A stretch of DNA of 64,000 nucleotides from Polyangiales bacterium (GTDB taxonomy: Bacteria; Myxococcota_A; Polyangia; Polyangiales; Ga0077539): positions 32,001-96,000 of the forward strand of contig JBGARZ010000007.1 of NCBI GenBank assembly GCA_044229975.1, read 5' to 3'. Both the position numbers and the translations under genes were made by a program. The notes below the pieces were generated by a model. The model did not search any database. It saw nothing but the letters and a program-made list of their open reading frames with translations, and was not told the origin of the DNA. Numbering within the stretch: position 1 is the first letter of the stretch; each line of letters opens with the position of its first letter. Positions 1 to 9,067 of this stretch are shown piece by piece.

Positions 1-2
1 TC

Positions 3-1136
3 GTGGCCCTGCTCACCGCCTTCGGGCTCGACACCAGCCTCGTCGCGCAGGAGTTCGAGGGGCTGCGTCACGCGCTCGAAGCCATCGCGGCGCGGCGCGA
101 GTCGACCCCCGAGCTGCTCGATGCCGTGGCGTCGTTTGGTGAGCGCATCTCGGTGCGAAGCACGGCGGCGGTGCTCCGGAAGCGCGGCGTCGAGGCCGTG
201 CACGTCGACGCCTTCGACCTCGGCATGGTCACCGACGCAAACTTCGGCGGGGCCGAACCGCTCGCCGAGAGCGCCGACCTCCTGCGCGCGGGCGTCGCGG
301 CGCTGGTCGACGCGGGCAAGGTTCCGGTGGTGACGGGCTTCATCGGGCGCACGCTCGACGGGCGCGTGACGACGCTCGGTCGCGGCGGCAGCGACTACTC
401 CGCGGCCATCATCGGCGCGGCCATCCACGCCGACGAGATCGAGATCTGGACGGACGTCCCCGGCGTGATGTCGGCCGACCCGCGGGTGGCGCCCGACGCG
501 CGCACCATCCCGGTGCTGTCCTTTCACGAGGCGGCCGAGCTCGCGTACTTCGGCGCGAAGGTGCTGCACCCCAAGACCATCCACCCCGCCGTGCAGCGCG
601 GCATCCCCGTGCGCGTGAAGAACACCTTCCAGCCCGATCACCCCGGCACGGTCATCACCGCCGAGGGCGACAGCGCGGCCCACGGCGCGCGCGCGCTCGC
701 CCACAAGCGCGGCATCCGCACGGTCAACATCGTCTCCACCCGCATGCTCCTGGCGCACGGCTTCCTCGCGAAGATCTTCGAGGTCTTCGCGCGGCACCGG
801 GTGGTGGTCGACCTCGTGAGCACGAGCGAGGTCTCGGTGAGCTGCACCGTCGACAAGGAGGACGGCCTCGAAGACGCCGTGCGCGAGCTGCGGACCTACG
901 GCGAGGTCACCGTGCGGCGCGACCAGGCCCTGGTGTGCGTGGTCGCGGCGGGTCTGTTGGATGACCCGAAGCCCTGCGCGCGCGTCTTCGCCGTGCTGGC
1001 CGAGGAGAACATCCCCGCGCAGCTCCTCTCCATGGGCGCGAGCGCCATCAACCTGAGTCTGCTGGTGCCCGACGAGCACGGCGAGCGCGCGGTGCGGGCG
1101 CTACACCGGGCGCTCTTCGCGGCGGTGGAGTCGTGA
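3..1136 (+). CDS. lysC: Aspartate kinase (5' end probably truncated by window edge)
   Basis: TTLGRGGSDYSA, IWTDVPG and ELAYFGAKVLHP motifs, C-terminal ACT-like region; stop overlaps lysA start (GTGA). Confidence 0.95.
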   Translation: MALLTAFGLDTSLVAQEFEGLRHALEAIAARRESTPELLDAVASFGERISVRSTAAVLRKRGVEAVHVDAFDLGMVTDANFGGAEPLAESADLLRAGVAALVDAGKVPVVTGFIGRTLDGRVTTLGRGGSDYSAAIIGAAIHADEIEIWTDVPGVMSADPRVAPDARTIPVLSFHEAAELAYFGAKVLHPKTIHPAVQRGIPVRVKNTFQPDHPGTVITAEGDSAAHGARALAHKRGIRTVNIVSTRMLLAHGFLAKIFEVFARHRVVVDLVSTSEVSVSCTVDKEDGLEDAVRELRTYGEVTVRRDQALVCVVAAGLLDDPKPCARVFAVLAEENIPAQLLSMGASAINLSLLVPDEHGERAVRALHRALFAAVES

Positions 1137-2359
1137 ACACCCCGTGGCACTCGTGGCTCGGCCCGCGTCGCGCGCGTCGGCTGTGTGAGCGCTTCGGGTC
1201 GCCGCTCTACGCGTACTCGGCGCCGGTGATTCGCAACCGCTGCCGGGCGCTGTTGCGGGCGTTTCCGGGGGTCGGTCTGCGCTACGCGATGAAGGCCAAC
1301 AGCAACCCGTCGCTGCTGCGCATCATCCGCTCGATGGGGCTCGGGGCGGACACGGTCTCGCCGTGGGAGGTTCAGCTCGCGCTGGAGGCTGGGTTTCGCA
1401 AGGCGGAGCTCGTGTACTCGGGCAACAACCCCAGCGACGACGACCTGCGCGCGGTGCATCGCGCGGGGGTGCTCATCAACCTCGATGCGCTGTCCGCGCT
1501 GCACCGGTACGGGCGGATGTTTCGCAACGCGCGGGTGTCGCTGCGGGTCAACCTGGAGGTCGGCGGCGGGCATCACCCGCACGTCGTGACCGCGGGGCCC
1601 GACAGCAAGTTCGGTCTTGCGGCGGAGGATCTCCCCGAGGCCCGCTCCATCGCCGCGCGCTTCGGGATGAAGATCGTCGGCCTGCACCAGCACATCGGCT
1701 CTGGGATCTTCGACCCGCAGCTCTTCCTCGACGCCCTCGACCCGCTGCTGGCGCTCGCGGATGTGTTGCCCGATCTGGAGGTGTTCGACGCGGGCGGTGG
1801 GTTCGGGGTTCCGTACCGGCCGGAGGAGTCGCCGCTCGACCTCGCGGGGCTCGGGACGCGCGTGATGGCGCGGCTGCGCGCGATGCAGAAGGGCCGCAAG
1901 AAGCCGCTGCGCTTCGTGATGGAGCCGGGGCGCTACGTGGTGGCCGAGTCGGGCGCGCTGCTCACGCAGGTGACGACGCTCAAGCGCACGCGCGATCGGG
2001 TTTTCATCGGGGTCGACTCGGGGATGCACCACCTCATCCGACCCGCGCTGTACCAGTCGTATCACCCGGTGTGCATGGTTCCGGAGCGCGACGGGGCGGC
2101 GCTGCGGAGCTTCATCGTGGGGCCCATCTGCGAGAGCGGCGACGTGCTCGCCGAGGAGCGGATGATCCCGATGCCCGAGGAGGGCGACCTGGTGATCGTC
2201 GGCAACGCGGGCGCGTACGGCTTCGCGATGGCGTCGCACTACAACCTGCGGGCGCGGCCGGCGGAGGTGCTCGTCGACCGCGGCAAGGTGTCGCTCATCC
2301 GCGCGCGGGAGAGCTACCGCGACGTGATCCGGCGGCGCGACCTGCGGGCGAAGCGGTAG
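1133..2359 (+). CDS. lysA: Diaminopimelate decarboxylase
   Basis: YAMKAN PLP-lysine, SKFG, HQHIGS, GGGFG, EPGRY, GPICESGD, GAYG motifs. Confidence 0.95.
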   Translation: MNTPWHSWLGPRRARRLCERFGSPLYAYSAPVIRNRCRALLRAFPGVGLRYAMKANSNPSLLRIIRSMGLGADTVSPWEVQLALEAGFRKAELVYSGNNPSDDDLRAVHRAGVLINLDALSALHRYGRMFRNARVSLRVNLEVGGGHHPHVVTAGPDSKFGLAAEDLPEARSIAARFGMKIVGLHQHIGSGIFDPQLFLDALDPLLALADVLPDLEVFDAGGGFGVPYRPEESPLDLAGLGTRVMARLRAMQKGRKKPLRFVMEPGRYVVAESGALLTQVTTLKRTRDRVFIGVDSGMHHLIRPALYQSYHPVCMVPERDGAALRSFIVGPICESGDVLAEERMIPMPEEGDLVIVGNAGAYGFAMASHYNLRARPAEVLVDRGKVSLIRARESYRDVIRRRDLRAKR

Positions 2360-2382
2360 AGTCGGCGCAGAGGAGAGCGGCG

Positions 2383-3654
2383 ATGTACTTCGGGTTGTTC
2401 AACGCGGCGGAGACCAACCCGGGGCTCTTCGTCAACCGCGAGGCGGAGTGTCGCTGGCTCTCACAGAGCATGCTGGCGTGGCTCGCGCGACCGAAGGACG
2501 CGACCGTGAAGCAGTCGTGGTGCGTGCACGGCTCCAAGGGCAGCGGGAAGACCATCTACGCGCGCAAGGTGCTCGGCGACGTCCAGAGGGAGGCGCCGCA
2601 GCATCTGAAGAACACGCTCTTCCTGGAGGTGGACTGCCGACGGCTCAACAGCAGCCGCGCGGTCTACAACGACGTCGCGATGAGGCTGGTGCGCGAGCTC
2701 GGCCGCCTGAAGGACTCGCGGGTGAAGGTGCCCGAAGAGCTCATCGGGATGTGCCAGGCGTTTCTGGCGTTGACTCGTCTGGAGGGCAACGTCGAGGCGC
2801 AGGTCGCCCACGAAAACCTCGTGCGCTTCCAGGCGGCGCTCGGCGGGAAGACGTCGATGCTGCGGGAGGTGCTGGAGGGTTCGTTCGGGCTGACCTTCGA
2901 GAAGACCGAGAAGAAGACGCAGACGCTGAAGGGGTCGCTGCGCTTCGACGACGCAGGGCTGTGCTCGGCCTTGAAGGCGTACCTGTGCGACCTGCGCGAC
3001 GCGGGTTTCCGGGTGTTGTTGTTTCTGGATAACGTCGACGAGCTTCAGCACGAGTATCGGACCGACGATTCGCGCAACAAGACGCGCGAGCAGGCGGAGT
3101 GGGTGCTGGAGCTGGCGGATGCGCCCATCGCCACGCTGGTGTGCATGCGGAGCTACTTCTCGGGCATCGCACGCACGATCCACAAGCGGGCCCTGCCGCC
3201 GCTCGGAGGCAACCACCTCGTGGGGATCCTGGAGAAGCGCATCAAGCTGGAGTCGAAGGAGATCCAGAAGCAGTTCGCGGAGGAGAGCGGGGTGAAGGTT
3301 GGCACGCATTGGCTGGCCGACCGGGCGCCGACGCCGCTGGCGTATCTCCAGTGGTTTCAGAACCTGGCAGAGCGCGATGCGTGGGAAGCCGAGGCGCGCA
3401 AGAAGGCGGTGCGCGAGGTGATTCGTAGCGAGTACGCCAACGTGCCGTACGAGCTGGTCGAACGGGTGGTGGGGCTCTTCACCAGCGCCGACAGCGAGGT
3501 CGACAGCGACAAGGTGCTCGACGCCTGTGAGAAGAACGCCGCAGACTTCGCGCTGATCCAGGATCGTCAGGTGATCCTGCCGAACGACTTCTGGAACCCG
3601 TCGCGGTTCACGCTCGATCCGCTGCTGTACATCCTGCACCCGTCGCGGGCCTGA
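2383..3654 (+). CDS. P-loop ATPase (STAND/AAA_16-like), 423 aa
   Basis: AGGAG at 2371-2375 before ATG 2383; FVNRE motif, Walker A GSKGSGKT, Walker B VLLFLDNVDE. The ORF track's 1363 start overlaps lysA and is unlikely. Confidence 0.85.
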   Translation: MYFGLFNAAETNPGLFVNREAECRWLSQSMLAWLARPKDATVKQSWCVHGSKGSGKTIYARKVLGDVQREAPQHLKNTLFLEVDCRRLNSSRAVYNDVAMRLVRELGRLKDSRVKVPEELIGMCQAFLALTRLEGNVEAQVAHENLVRFQAALGGKTSMLREVLEGSFGLTFEKTEKKTQTLKGSLRFDDAGLCSALKAYLCDLRDAGFRVLLFLDNVDELQHEYRTDDSRNKTREQAEWVLELADAPIATLVCMRSYFSGIARTIHKRALPPLGGNHLVGILEKRIKLESKEIQKQFAEESGVKVGTHWLADRAPTPLAYLQWFQNLAERDAWEAEARKKAVREVIRSEYANVPYELVERVVGLFTSADSEVDSDKVLDACEKNAADFALIQDRQVILPNDFWNPSRFTLDPLLYILHPSRA

Positions 3655-3669
3655 GCCGGGAGCCGCACC

Positions 3670-5571
3670 GTGTGGATCCTGCCCGCGGAGCTGGGGACGA
3701 TCGCGCTGCCGGATGGGGTGTTGCTGCTGCCGCACCACTACGTGGCGGAGGACCGTGAGCGGCTGCTAGCGCTGCTGCGGGTGGCGCTGCCGGGGTCTCG
3801 GCAACTGGTGGTGGAGGGGGCTGCGCTCGGGGGGCTGATCGAGCGGGGAGTGCGCTGGGAGGGCGGACTCGTGCTGATCCATGGGCTGCCGGCGGACACG
3901 GACGTCGACGGGCTGCGGGGGCTGGTGGCGCCGCTGGGCGCGAAGCACGTATTGGTGCAGTTGCCGAAAGCGCAGTTGGTGGGGACGTCGTGGATGGAGC
4001 CGACGCTGAAGGTGCCGCTGCTGCGAGCGTTGGAGCGGGAGTGGAGGGATCCGGCGCATCCGTTGAGGGGAATCGGGATACACGAGTGTCCATTGAGGGA
4101 GGCGGCGCAGTACACGGATGAACCGGTGGAACTCATGGCTATCGTCACGGCGATGGTGGAGCACCGGATGGCGCACGCGAGTGTGGGGGTGGGGAAGGGG
4201 GATTGGGAGAGGAGCCTGGATCAGTCACTGACCGCGCGGCTAAGACTTCGGTTGCGGCGAACGAGGGGTGATTTAATCGGGTGGTCGGTGGGCACCGCGC
4301 GAGCGTTCCGCGATGAGGCCGAGAGCTGGGTCGCTGCTGGACTGGGGTTCATCGATGATGGTCAGTTCCGACGTTCACCAATCATCACGAGTTTGGAGCG
4401 ATCAGCCGTACGGGTTCGATTCTCGTCGGTCGACGCTGCGCGGAAGGCGCCACATGGAGAAGAACAGCAACGAGCGACCGAACTCTTTCACTTCGCAGCA
4501 GAGTTGTGGCCAATGTCTGTTGCCCTCTTCCCTCCTCTTGGCTCTCGTAAAGTGAAGCTTCGGGCTGCGGTGATCAAAGAGGACGGTCTTCAGAGGCATT
4601 TCCGGTTCGCCCATTTGTTGCTTGATATGTCGGGTAGCCAGCGTGATTGGGTTTCCAGCTCCATCAGTTCTATCGGTCGCGAGGTAGAGGCTGCAACAGG
4701 GCGTGGCCGTGGGGACTTGCTTGCAATGCACGCGTTCCTGCGTGGAATGTCGTCCCAGGGCCCGACAGCGCTTCGCGAGATCGAATCGTGTCTCGACACG
4801 ATGATTCGATCTCACGGCCGTACCCAATGGAGGCATGAAGTCGAAGCTACGCTGGCGCTGTTGTGGACGCTCCGCGCCTGGATACAGAGAGGATCTCTGC
4901 GGGATGCTCAAGGCGCGCATGGCCGAGTTGCAGGTTTGTTGCGTTCTGGAGTGCGCGTCGGTGCTTGGATAGAAGGCGTGAAAGGGAAAGTCGCTGAACA
5001 ACTCTCGTGCGCGCTTGAGAATCGGCCCGCGGGCGACGTGCTTTCTCTCGTCGGGTCGGGGGCTTCGTATACTGATGAGATGCGCCTTCCGGGGTGGGTC
5101 GAGCCCAGCTACGAGGACGTTCGAGGCATCTACGCACTTCGGCTGGCCTGGGTGGACCTTTGGCGCTCCAACCTCTCTAGGGCGATTCGAGTTACGGCAC
5201 GCCTCGACGATCCGGGCGAAGTGCCAATCACTGTCGAGCACCTGCACGGTTACCTGACGGGCGGGGTCGCCGCTCTTGCCGTGAGCGACCTCGACACCGC
5301 CTCTCAGCGGGCTCATCAGGTCCTCGACCTCGCCACCCGCTACGAGATCCCTATGCTGCGCGCCTTCGCTCGCGAGCTGCTCGCCGCCGTCCACGAACTC
5401 CGTGGCGAGTACGACGTCGCCGCCAAGCTCCTCTTCCAGGCGCGCTCCCGCTACATCGCGCTCGAAGACCGCTCGCGCATTCTCGGCGTCGAGAAGCGCC
5501 TCGCCCGCATGGGCATCACCTACGACCCGTTCGGCTCTCCTCGCCGCAAGCGCGCGCCGCGCTCCAGCTGA
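3670..5571 (+). CDS. Hypothetical 633-aa protein, helical/TPR-like C-terminus; probable ATPase partner
   Basis: Long ORF 15 nt after the ATPase stop; C-terminal amphipathic helices (ARELLAAVHELRGEYDVAAKLLFQA); central part visibly more A/T-rich than the flanks. Confidence 0.7.
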   Translation: MWILPAELGTIALPDGVLLLPHHYVAEDRERLLALLRVALPGSRQLVVEGAALGGLIERGVRWEGGLVLIHGLPADTDVDGLRGLVAPLGAKHVLVQLPKAQLVGTSWMEPTLKVPLLRALEREWRDPAHPLRGIGIHECPLREAAQYTDEPVELMAIVTAMVEHRMAHASVGVGKGDWERSLDQSLTARLRLRLRRTRGDLIGWSVGTARAFRDEAESWVAAGLGFIDDGQFRRSPIITSLERSAVRVRFSSVDAARKAPHGEEQQRATELFHFAAELWPMSVALFPPLGSRKVKLRAAVIKEDGLQRHFRFAHLLLDMSGSQRDWVSSSISSIGREVEAATGRGRGDLLAMHAFLRGMSSQGPTALREIESCLDTMIRSHGRTQWRHEVEATLALLWTLRAWIQRGSLRDAQGAHGRVAGLLRSGVRVGAWIEGVKGKVAEQLSCALENRPAGDVLSLVGSGASYTDEMRLPGWVEPSYEDVRGIYALRLAWVDLWRSNLSRAIRVTARLDDPGEVPITVEHLHGYLTGGVAALAVSDLDTASQRAHQVLDLATRYEIPMLRAFARELLAAVHELRGEYDVAAKLLFQARSRYIALEDRSRILGVEKRLARMGITYDPFGSPRRKRAPRSS

Positions 5572-5641
5572 CCTGTCCGTGACAGGTAATGTCCTGCCTC
5601 GTTTGCCGAGGTCGACGCTGCGCGGTAGGGCATCGCCCGCC

Positions 5642-6562
5642 ATGCCGGGGCCTGCACACGAGATGATGGTGAGGGTGCTCAAGGAGCATCCTGACTGGTT
5701 CAACCTGCTGCTGAAGACGCTGAAGCTGAAGACGCTGCGGCGGGGCTTGAAGCTCGCGGACACGGCGCTCCAGAAGGTCGTCACCATCGAGCGACGCCCC
5801 GACACGTTCTGGCTCGAACCGGGCGTGTCGTGGGCGCTCGTCGAGGTGCAGAACGACAAGAAGGACGAGAAGGTGGGCTCGTGGATCGTGACCGTGGCGA
5901 TGCTCGTCGCCGAGCACGGCGTGATGGGCGACCTCTTCGTGGTGACGGCCGACCGCGCCGTCGCGGCGCACGCGCGGGCGGAGCTCACCTTGGCGGCCCG
6001 ACATGGGACCCGCCTGCACCTCGATCCCGTGGTGGTGCTGCTCACCGAGTACGAGGCGCGGACGCTGCTCGCGACGGGTCGACCCGAACTGGCCTTCTTC
6101 GCCGCGTGGGCCGTGCGTCACCGTCGCGGCGCGGTCGCGAAGGAGATCGTACACGAGGCCATCGCGCTGACCGATCGTGCGGAGGACGCCGGCTTGCGGA
6201 CCGCGCAGGTACAGGCAATTCTCAACGTGCTCGGCGCCCCGCTGCTGGAACTGTTCAAGGAGATGATGATGAACCTCGATGACATGCCCGAGAGCGAGGC
6301 GTTCCGTGAGCTGCGACTACTGATGGAGGCTCGCGGTGAAGCGCGAGGCGAGGCTCGCGGTGAAGCCCGCGGCGAAGCCCGCGGCGAAGCACGTGGTGAG
6401 GCCCGGATGCTGCTCCAGTTGCTCACGGTGCGCGGCATCGACGTAGACGAAGCCTTCCGCGCCCGCGTGATGGACTGCGACGACCGCGCGTTGCTCGAAC
6501 GCTGGCACGCGCGAGCGATCACGGCGCAGTCGCTTGCTGAGGTGGTCGTCGACGATCGTTGA
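5642..6562 (+). CDS. Rpn/YhgA-like PD-(D/E)XK nuclease with EARG repeats
   Basis: RRPD...LVEVQ nuclease-like motif, EARG tandem repeats, C-terminal LLTVRG...LERW...A.SL.EV domain typical of Rpn-like proteins. Confidence 0.8.
   Translation: MPGPAHEMMVRVLKEHPDWFNLLLKTLKLKTLRRGLKLADTALQKVVTIERRPDTFWLEPGVSWALVEVQNDKKDEKVGSWIVTVAMLVAEHGVMGDLFVVTADRAVAAHARAELTLAARHGTRLHLDPVVVLLTEYEARTLLATGRPELAFFAAWAVRHRRGAVAKEIVHEAIALTDRAEDAGLRTAQVQAILNVLGAPLLELFKEMMMNLDDMPESEAFRELRLLMEARGEARGEARGEARGEARGEARGEARMLLQLLTVRGIDVDEAFRARVMDCDDRALLERWHARAITAQSLAEVVVDDR
6326..6406 (+). repeat. 12-bp coding tandem repeat (EARG x6 plus EAR)
   Basis: gaggctcgcggt/gaagcgcgaggc/gaagcccgcggc units read directly. Confidence 0.95.
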
Positions 6563-7281
6563 GCCGCGAGCTACCGCGTCGATGCCGTACCGCGAAGGAC
6601 AACCCCGGCCGCCTTCACCACCGCCGCCACGACCGCGCGACTTTCGCCTCGCGACGAGGACCGCTTGGTTCATCGTCCTCGGGCTGTGATCCGTTGGCTG
6701 ATGCCGGGGACGCCCGCTCCGCCCGCGTCGAGGGTCGATCGCTCCCAAGCCCGCTGGGTGGCTGGGTCTTCGTCACCAGCGGCGGTGACGTCGCGCGCAC
6801 GGATACCTTTCTCGGTACTCCAAGGCCGCTCGGACTGCTCCGTTGTGGCTTCCACACCGACCGCGCCGCCGTGGGTCGCGTGGCTCTCGTCGACCCGACC
6901 GGAGCGTTGTGGACCACCGACGGCACGGCTCCTCCGACCCGCGCACCGCTCGACCAACCGGCGCGCTCCGCGATCTTCGCCGACGCTCGCTGGGGTGCCG
7001 TCGTGCTCGCCGATGGCCAGGTGCTCCTGACCGCGGACGGCGCGCGAACATGGTCGCCGTTTGGCCTCGCGGGCGACGTCGCCTGGGACGCCTTCCACGG
7101 AACCCTCGGCCCGACCCTCCAGACGACCGCGGGGTCACTGCTGCTGGCAGCGTCTGACGTCCCGCGACATCGACCCGACGCGCGACGCCTCACGCCGGGC
7201 GAGGGGCAGACGCTCGTGGCCAACCCCCGCGGTGACGACTTCGACCCGGGTGGCCCGGTGTCCTGTCGACCAATGCGATGA
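6559..7281 (+). pseudogene. Possible fragment of an Asp-box/BNR beta-propeller protein
   Basis: VLLTADGARTW resembles an Asp-box; the N-terminal third looks non-coding and there is no good start. Confidence 0.3.
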
Positions 7282-7304
7282 CCTGGTGCCGCGTTGCAGG
7301 AGGT

Positions 7305-7444
7305 CTGACGGGTTGGAGAAGTCGCCAGGGCGCAAGGGTCGCAAGGACGAGATGAGATGAGGATGAGTCGCTCGTGGGGCCTGCAAGGCTTCTTGTGCTC
7401 GCCCTTGCGCCCCGTGCGCCCTGGCGACTTCTCCAACCCGTCAG
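7305..7444. repeat. Long inverted repeat, 47-bp arms (44/47), 46-nt spacer
   Basis: Arms 7305-7351 (ctgacgggttggagaagtcgccagggcgcaagggtcgcaaggacgag) and 7398-7444. Confidence 0.95.
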
Positions 7445-7456
7445 CCCCCTACGGTG

Positions 7457-9067
7457 CTACCGCCCGCGCTCTTCGGCCGCCCGTAGAAACCCCTCCATCC
7501 GCGCCGCGTCGTCGCCCCACAACCCGTTTGCTCGCAGCCACTCCAACTGCGCCCGCGCCTCGGCGAAGCGCCCACGCCCGATGAGGTAGTCCACCCAGTA
7601 CATCCGCGCCGTGCGCGACGCCGGGCCCTCCATCGCGCCCACTCTCGCAAACGCCCGATCAGCTTCCGCGTCACGTCGTTGCAGTCCCAGCAGCCGCCCA
7701 TACAACCCGTACGGCTCGGCCCAGTCGGGCGCGTTGCGCACTGCCACTGCGACGTTCGCAAACGCCGCGTCCATGCGCTCCTCGCGGAAGCGGAAGCGCG
7801 CCACGAAGTACCGCATCCGCGCGCAGCCCGGCTGCACCTCCACCGCGCTCTCGAAGAGCCGCTGCGACGTAGTCCAATCGACGTTGCGCCGCACCGTCAC
7901 CAGCGCCCACAGCGCCAGCACCACACCCACCGCGGGCAGCACCGTCCGCGACCGCGCTCGCGCCGCGCGCATCCCCGCGCCCAGCAACAGAAACAACCCC
8001 GCCGACCCGAGGTACCACCACCGCTCCGCGAAGGGCGCGGGCAACACCTTCGCCACGTTGCTGTACAGCGCCGCCGGAACCAGCGCCCACGCGCACGCCT
8101 CCGTCAGCAACGGATCGCTCTTCCTCGCGCGCACGCCCAGCACCACGAGCCCGACGAGCGCCGCCGCGCCCAGCACCACGTCACCGTCGAAGCTCACCGC
8201 GGGCGTCACCACCCCGGCGCCGTAGTCCGCGCACAGGTCGAGCGGCGCCAGCACCAACCGCCCGACGAGCCCCACGAAGCGCACGCCCCAGTACGCACGA
8301 ACCCCCACCGTCGCGTCGCGCAAGGGGTTGGCGAGGTAGTCCGGGCGCAGCGTGTCGACGCTCCCCAGCGCGAGGTGGCGCAGCGCCGCCGTCGCCGCGA
8401 GCGCGAGCGCATAGCCCGCGTACCGGGCGGCCTTCTCCGCGCGCGTGGTCGTCGTCCCGAGCAGGTCGCGCACCACCAGCAGCGGAACGATCACCACCGC
8501 CGCCTCCTTGCAGAGCAGCCCCGCCGCGAGCACCAGCGGCGCCGCCACCGTCGCGCCCACGCCGCGCCGCGCGTGGAGCGCGTAGACCCCGAGCGCCGCC
8601 AGCGCGTACGCCACCTCGGAGCGGTTGGTGATGCTCGCGACGGCGTCGGTGTGCAGCGGGTGCAGCGCGAAGGCGAGCCCCGCCACGAGCGCCGCGGCCG
8701 GGTCGACGAGGCGCTTCGCCAGAGCGCGGAAGAAGAGCACGCTCGCCGCGGCGTGAAGGAGAACGTTGGTGAGGTGGAAGCTCCAGGGCTGCCATCCACC
8801 GACGACACGATCGAGCGCGTACGAGAGCGTGAGCAGCGGGCGGTAGGTGTGCACCGACCAGTGGTCGGCGCGGCCGAGGCCCCAGATGTCCGTCGTGAAG
8901 ACGCGCGTGAGCGAGAAGGGCCCGCGCAGCACCGGGTTGGGGACGATGGCCGTGGTGTCGTCGTAGACGAAGCCCGCGCCCAGGGTGTTGGCGTAGACGA
9001 GCAGCGCGGCGATGAAGACCCACCACGTCGGGTCGACGCGGCGCAGGCGTTCGGCGACGCCGGGCAC
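7457..9067 (-). CDS. TMTC-like GT-C membrane glycosyltransferase with C-terminal TPR
   Basis: FVYDD, YRPL, FHLTNVLLH, FALHPLHTDAV, KE, LCADY, ERWWY motifs; many TM segments; TPR-like tail. Confidence 0.85.
   Translation of the reverse strand: MPGVAERLRRVDPTWWVFIAALLVYANTLGAGFVYDDTTAIVPNPVLRGPFSLTRVFTTDIWGLGRADHWSVHTYRPLLTLSYALDRVVGGWQPWSFHLTNVLLHAAASVLFFRALAKRLVDPAAALVAGLAFALHPLHTDAVASITNRSEVAYALAALGVYALHARRGVGATVAAPLVLAAGLLCKEAAVVIVPLLVVRDLLGTTTTRAEKAARYAGYALALAATAALRHLALGSVDTLRPDYLANPLRDATVGVRAYWGVRFVGLVGRLVLAPLDLCADYGAGVVTPAVSFDGDVVLGAAALVGLVVLGVRARKSDPLLTEACAWALVPAALYSNVAKVLPAPFAERWWYLGSAGLFLLLGAGMRAARARSRTVLPAVGVVLALWALVTVRRNVDWTTSQRLFESAVEVQPGCARMRYFVARFRFREERMDAAFANVAVAVRNAPDWAEPYGLYGRLLGLQRRDAEADRAFARVGAMEGPASRTARMYWVDYLIGRGRFAEARAQLEWLRANGLWGDDAARMEGFLRAAEERGR

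Noticed and set aside
3..2359. lysC-lysA as a frameshifted bifunctional fusion
   Set aside because: Ordinary GTGA stop/start coupling with a GGAG upstream; lysA appears complete on its own
1363..2382. Long N-terminal extensions in the ORF track (also 17093-18043, 27417-29432, 29298-30074, 43054-44124)
   Set aside because: They overlap other real genes; recognisable domains and start signals begin downstream
5642..6562. Rpn-like gene as an active IS element
   Set aside because: No terminal inverted repeats or target duplication seen; this family is not a demonstrated transposase
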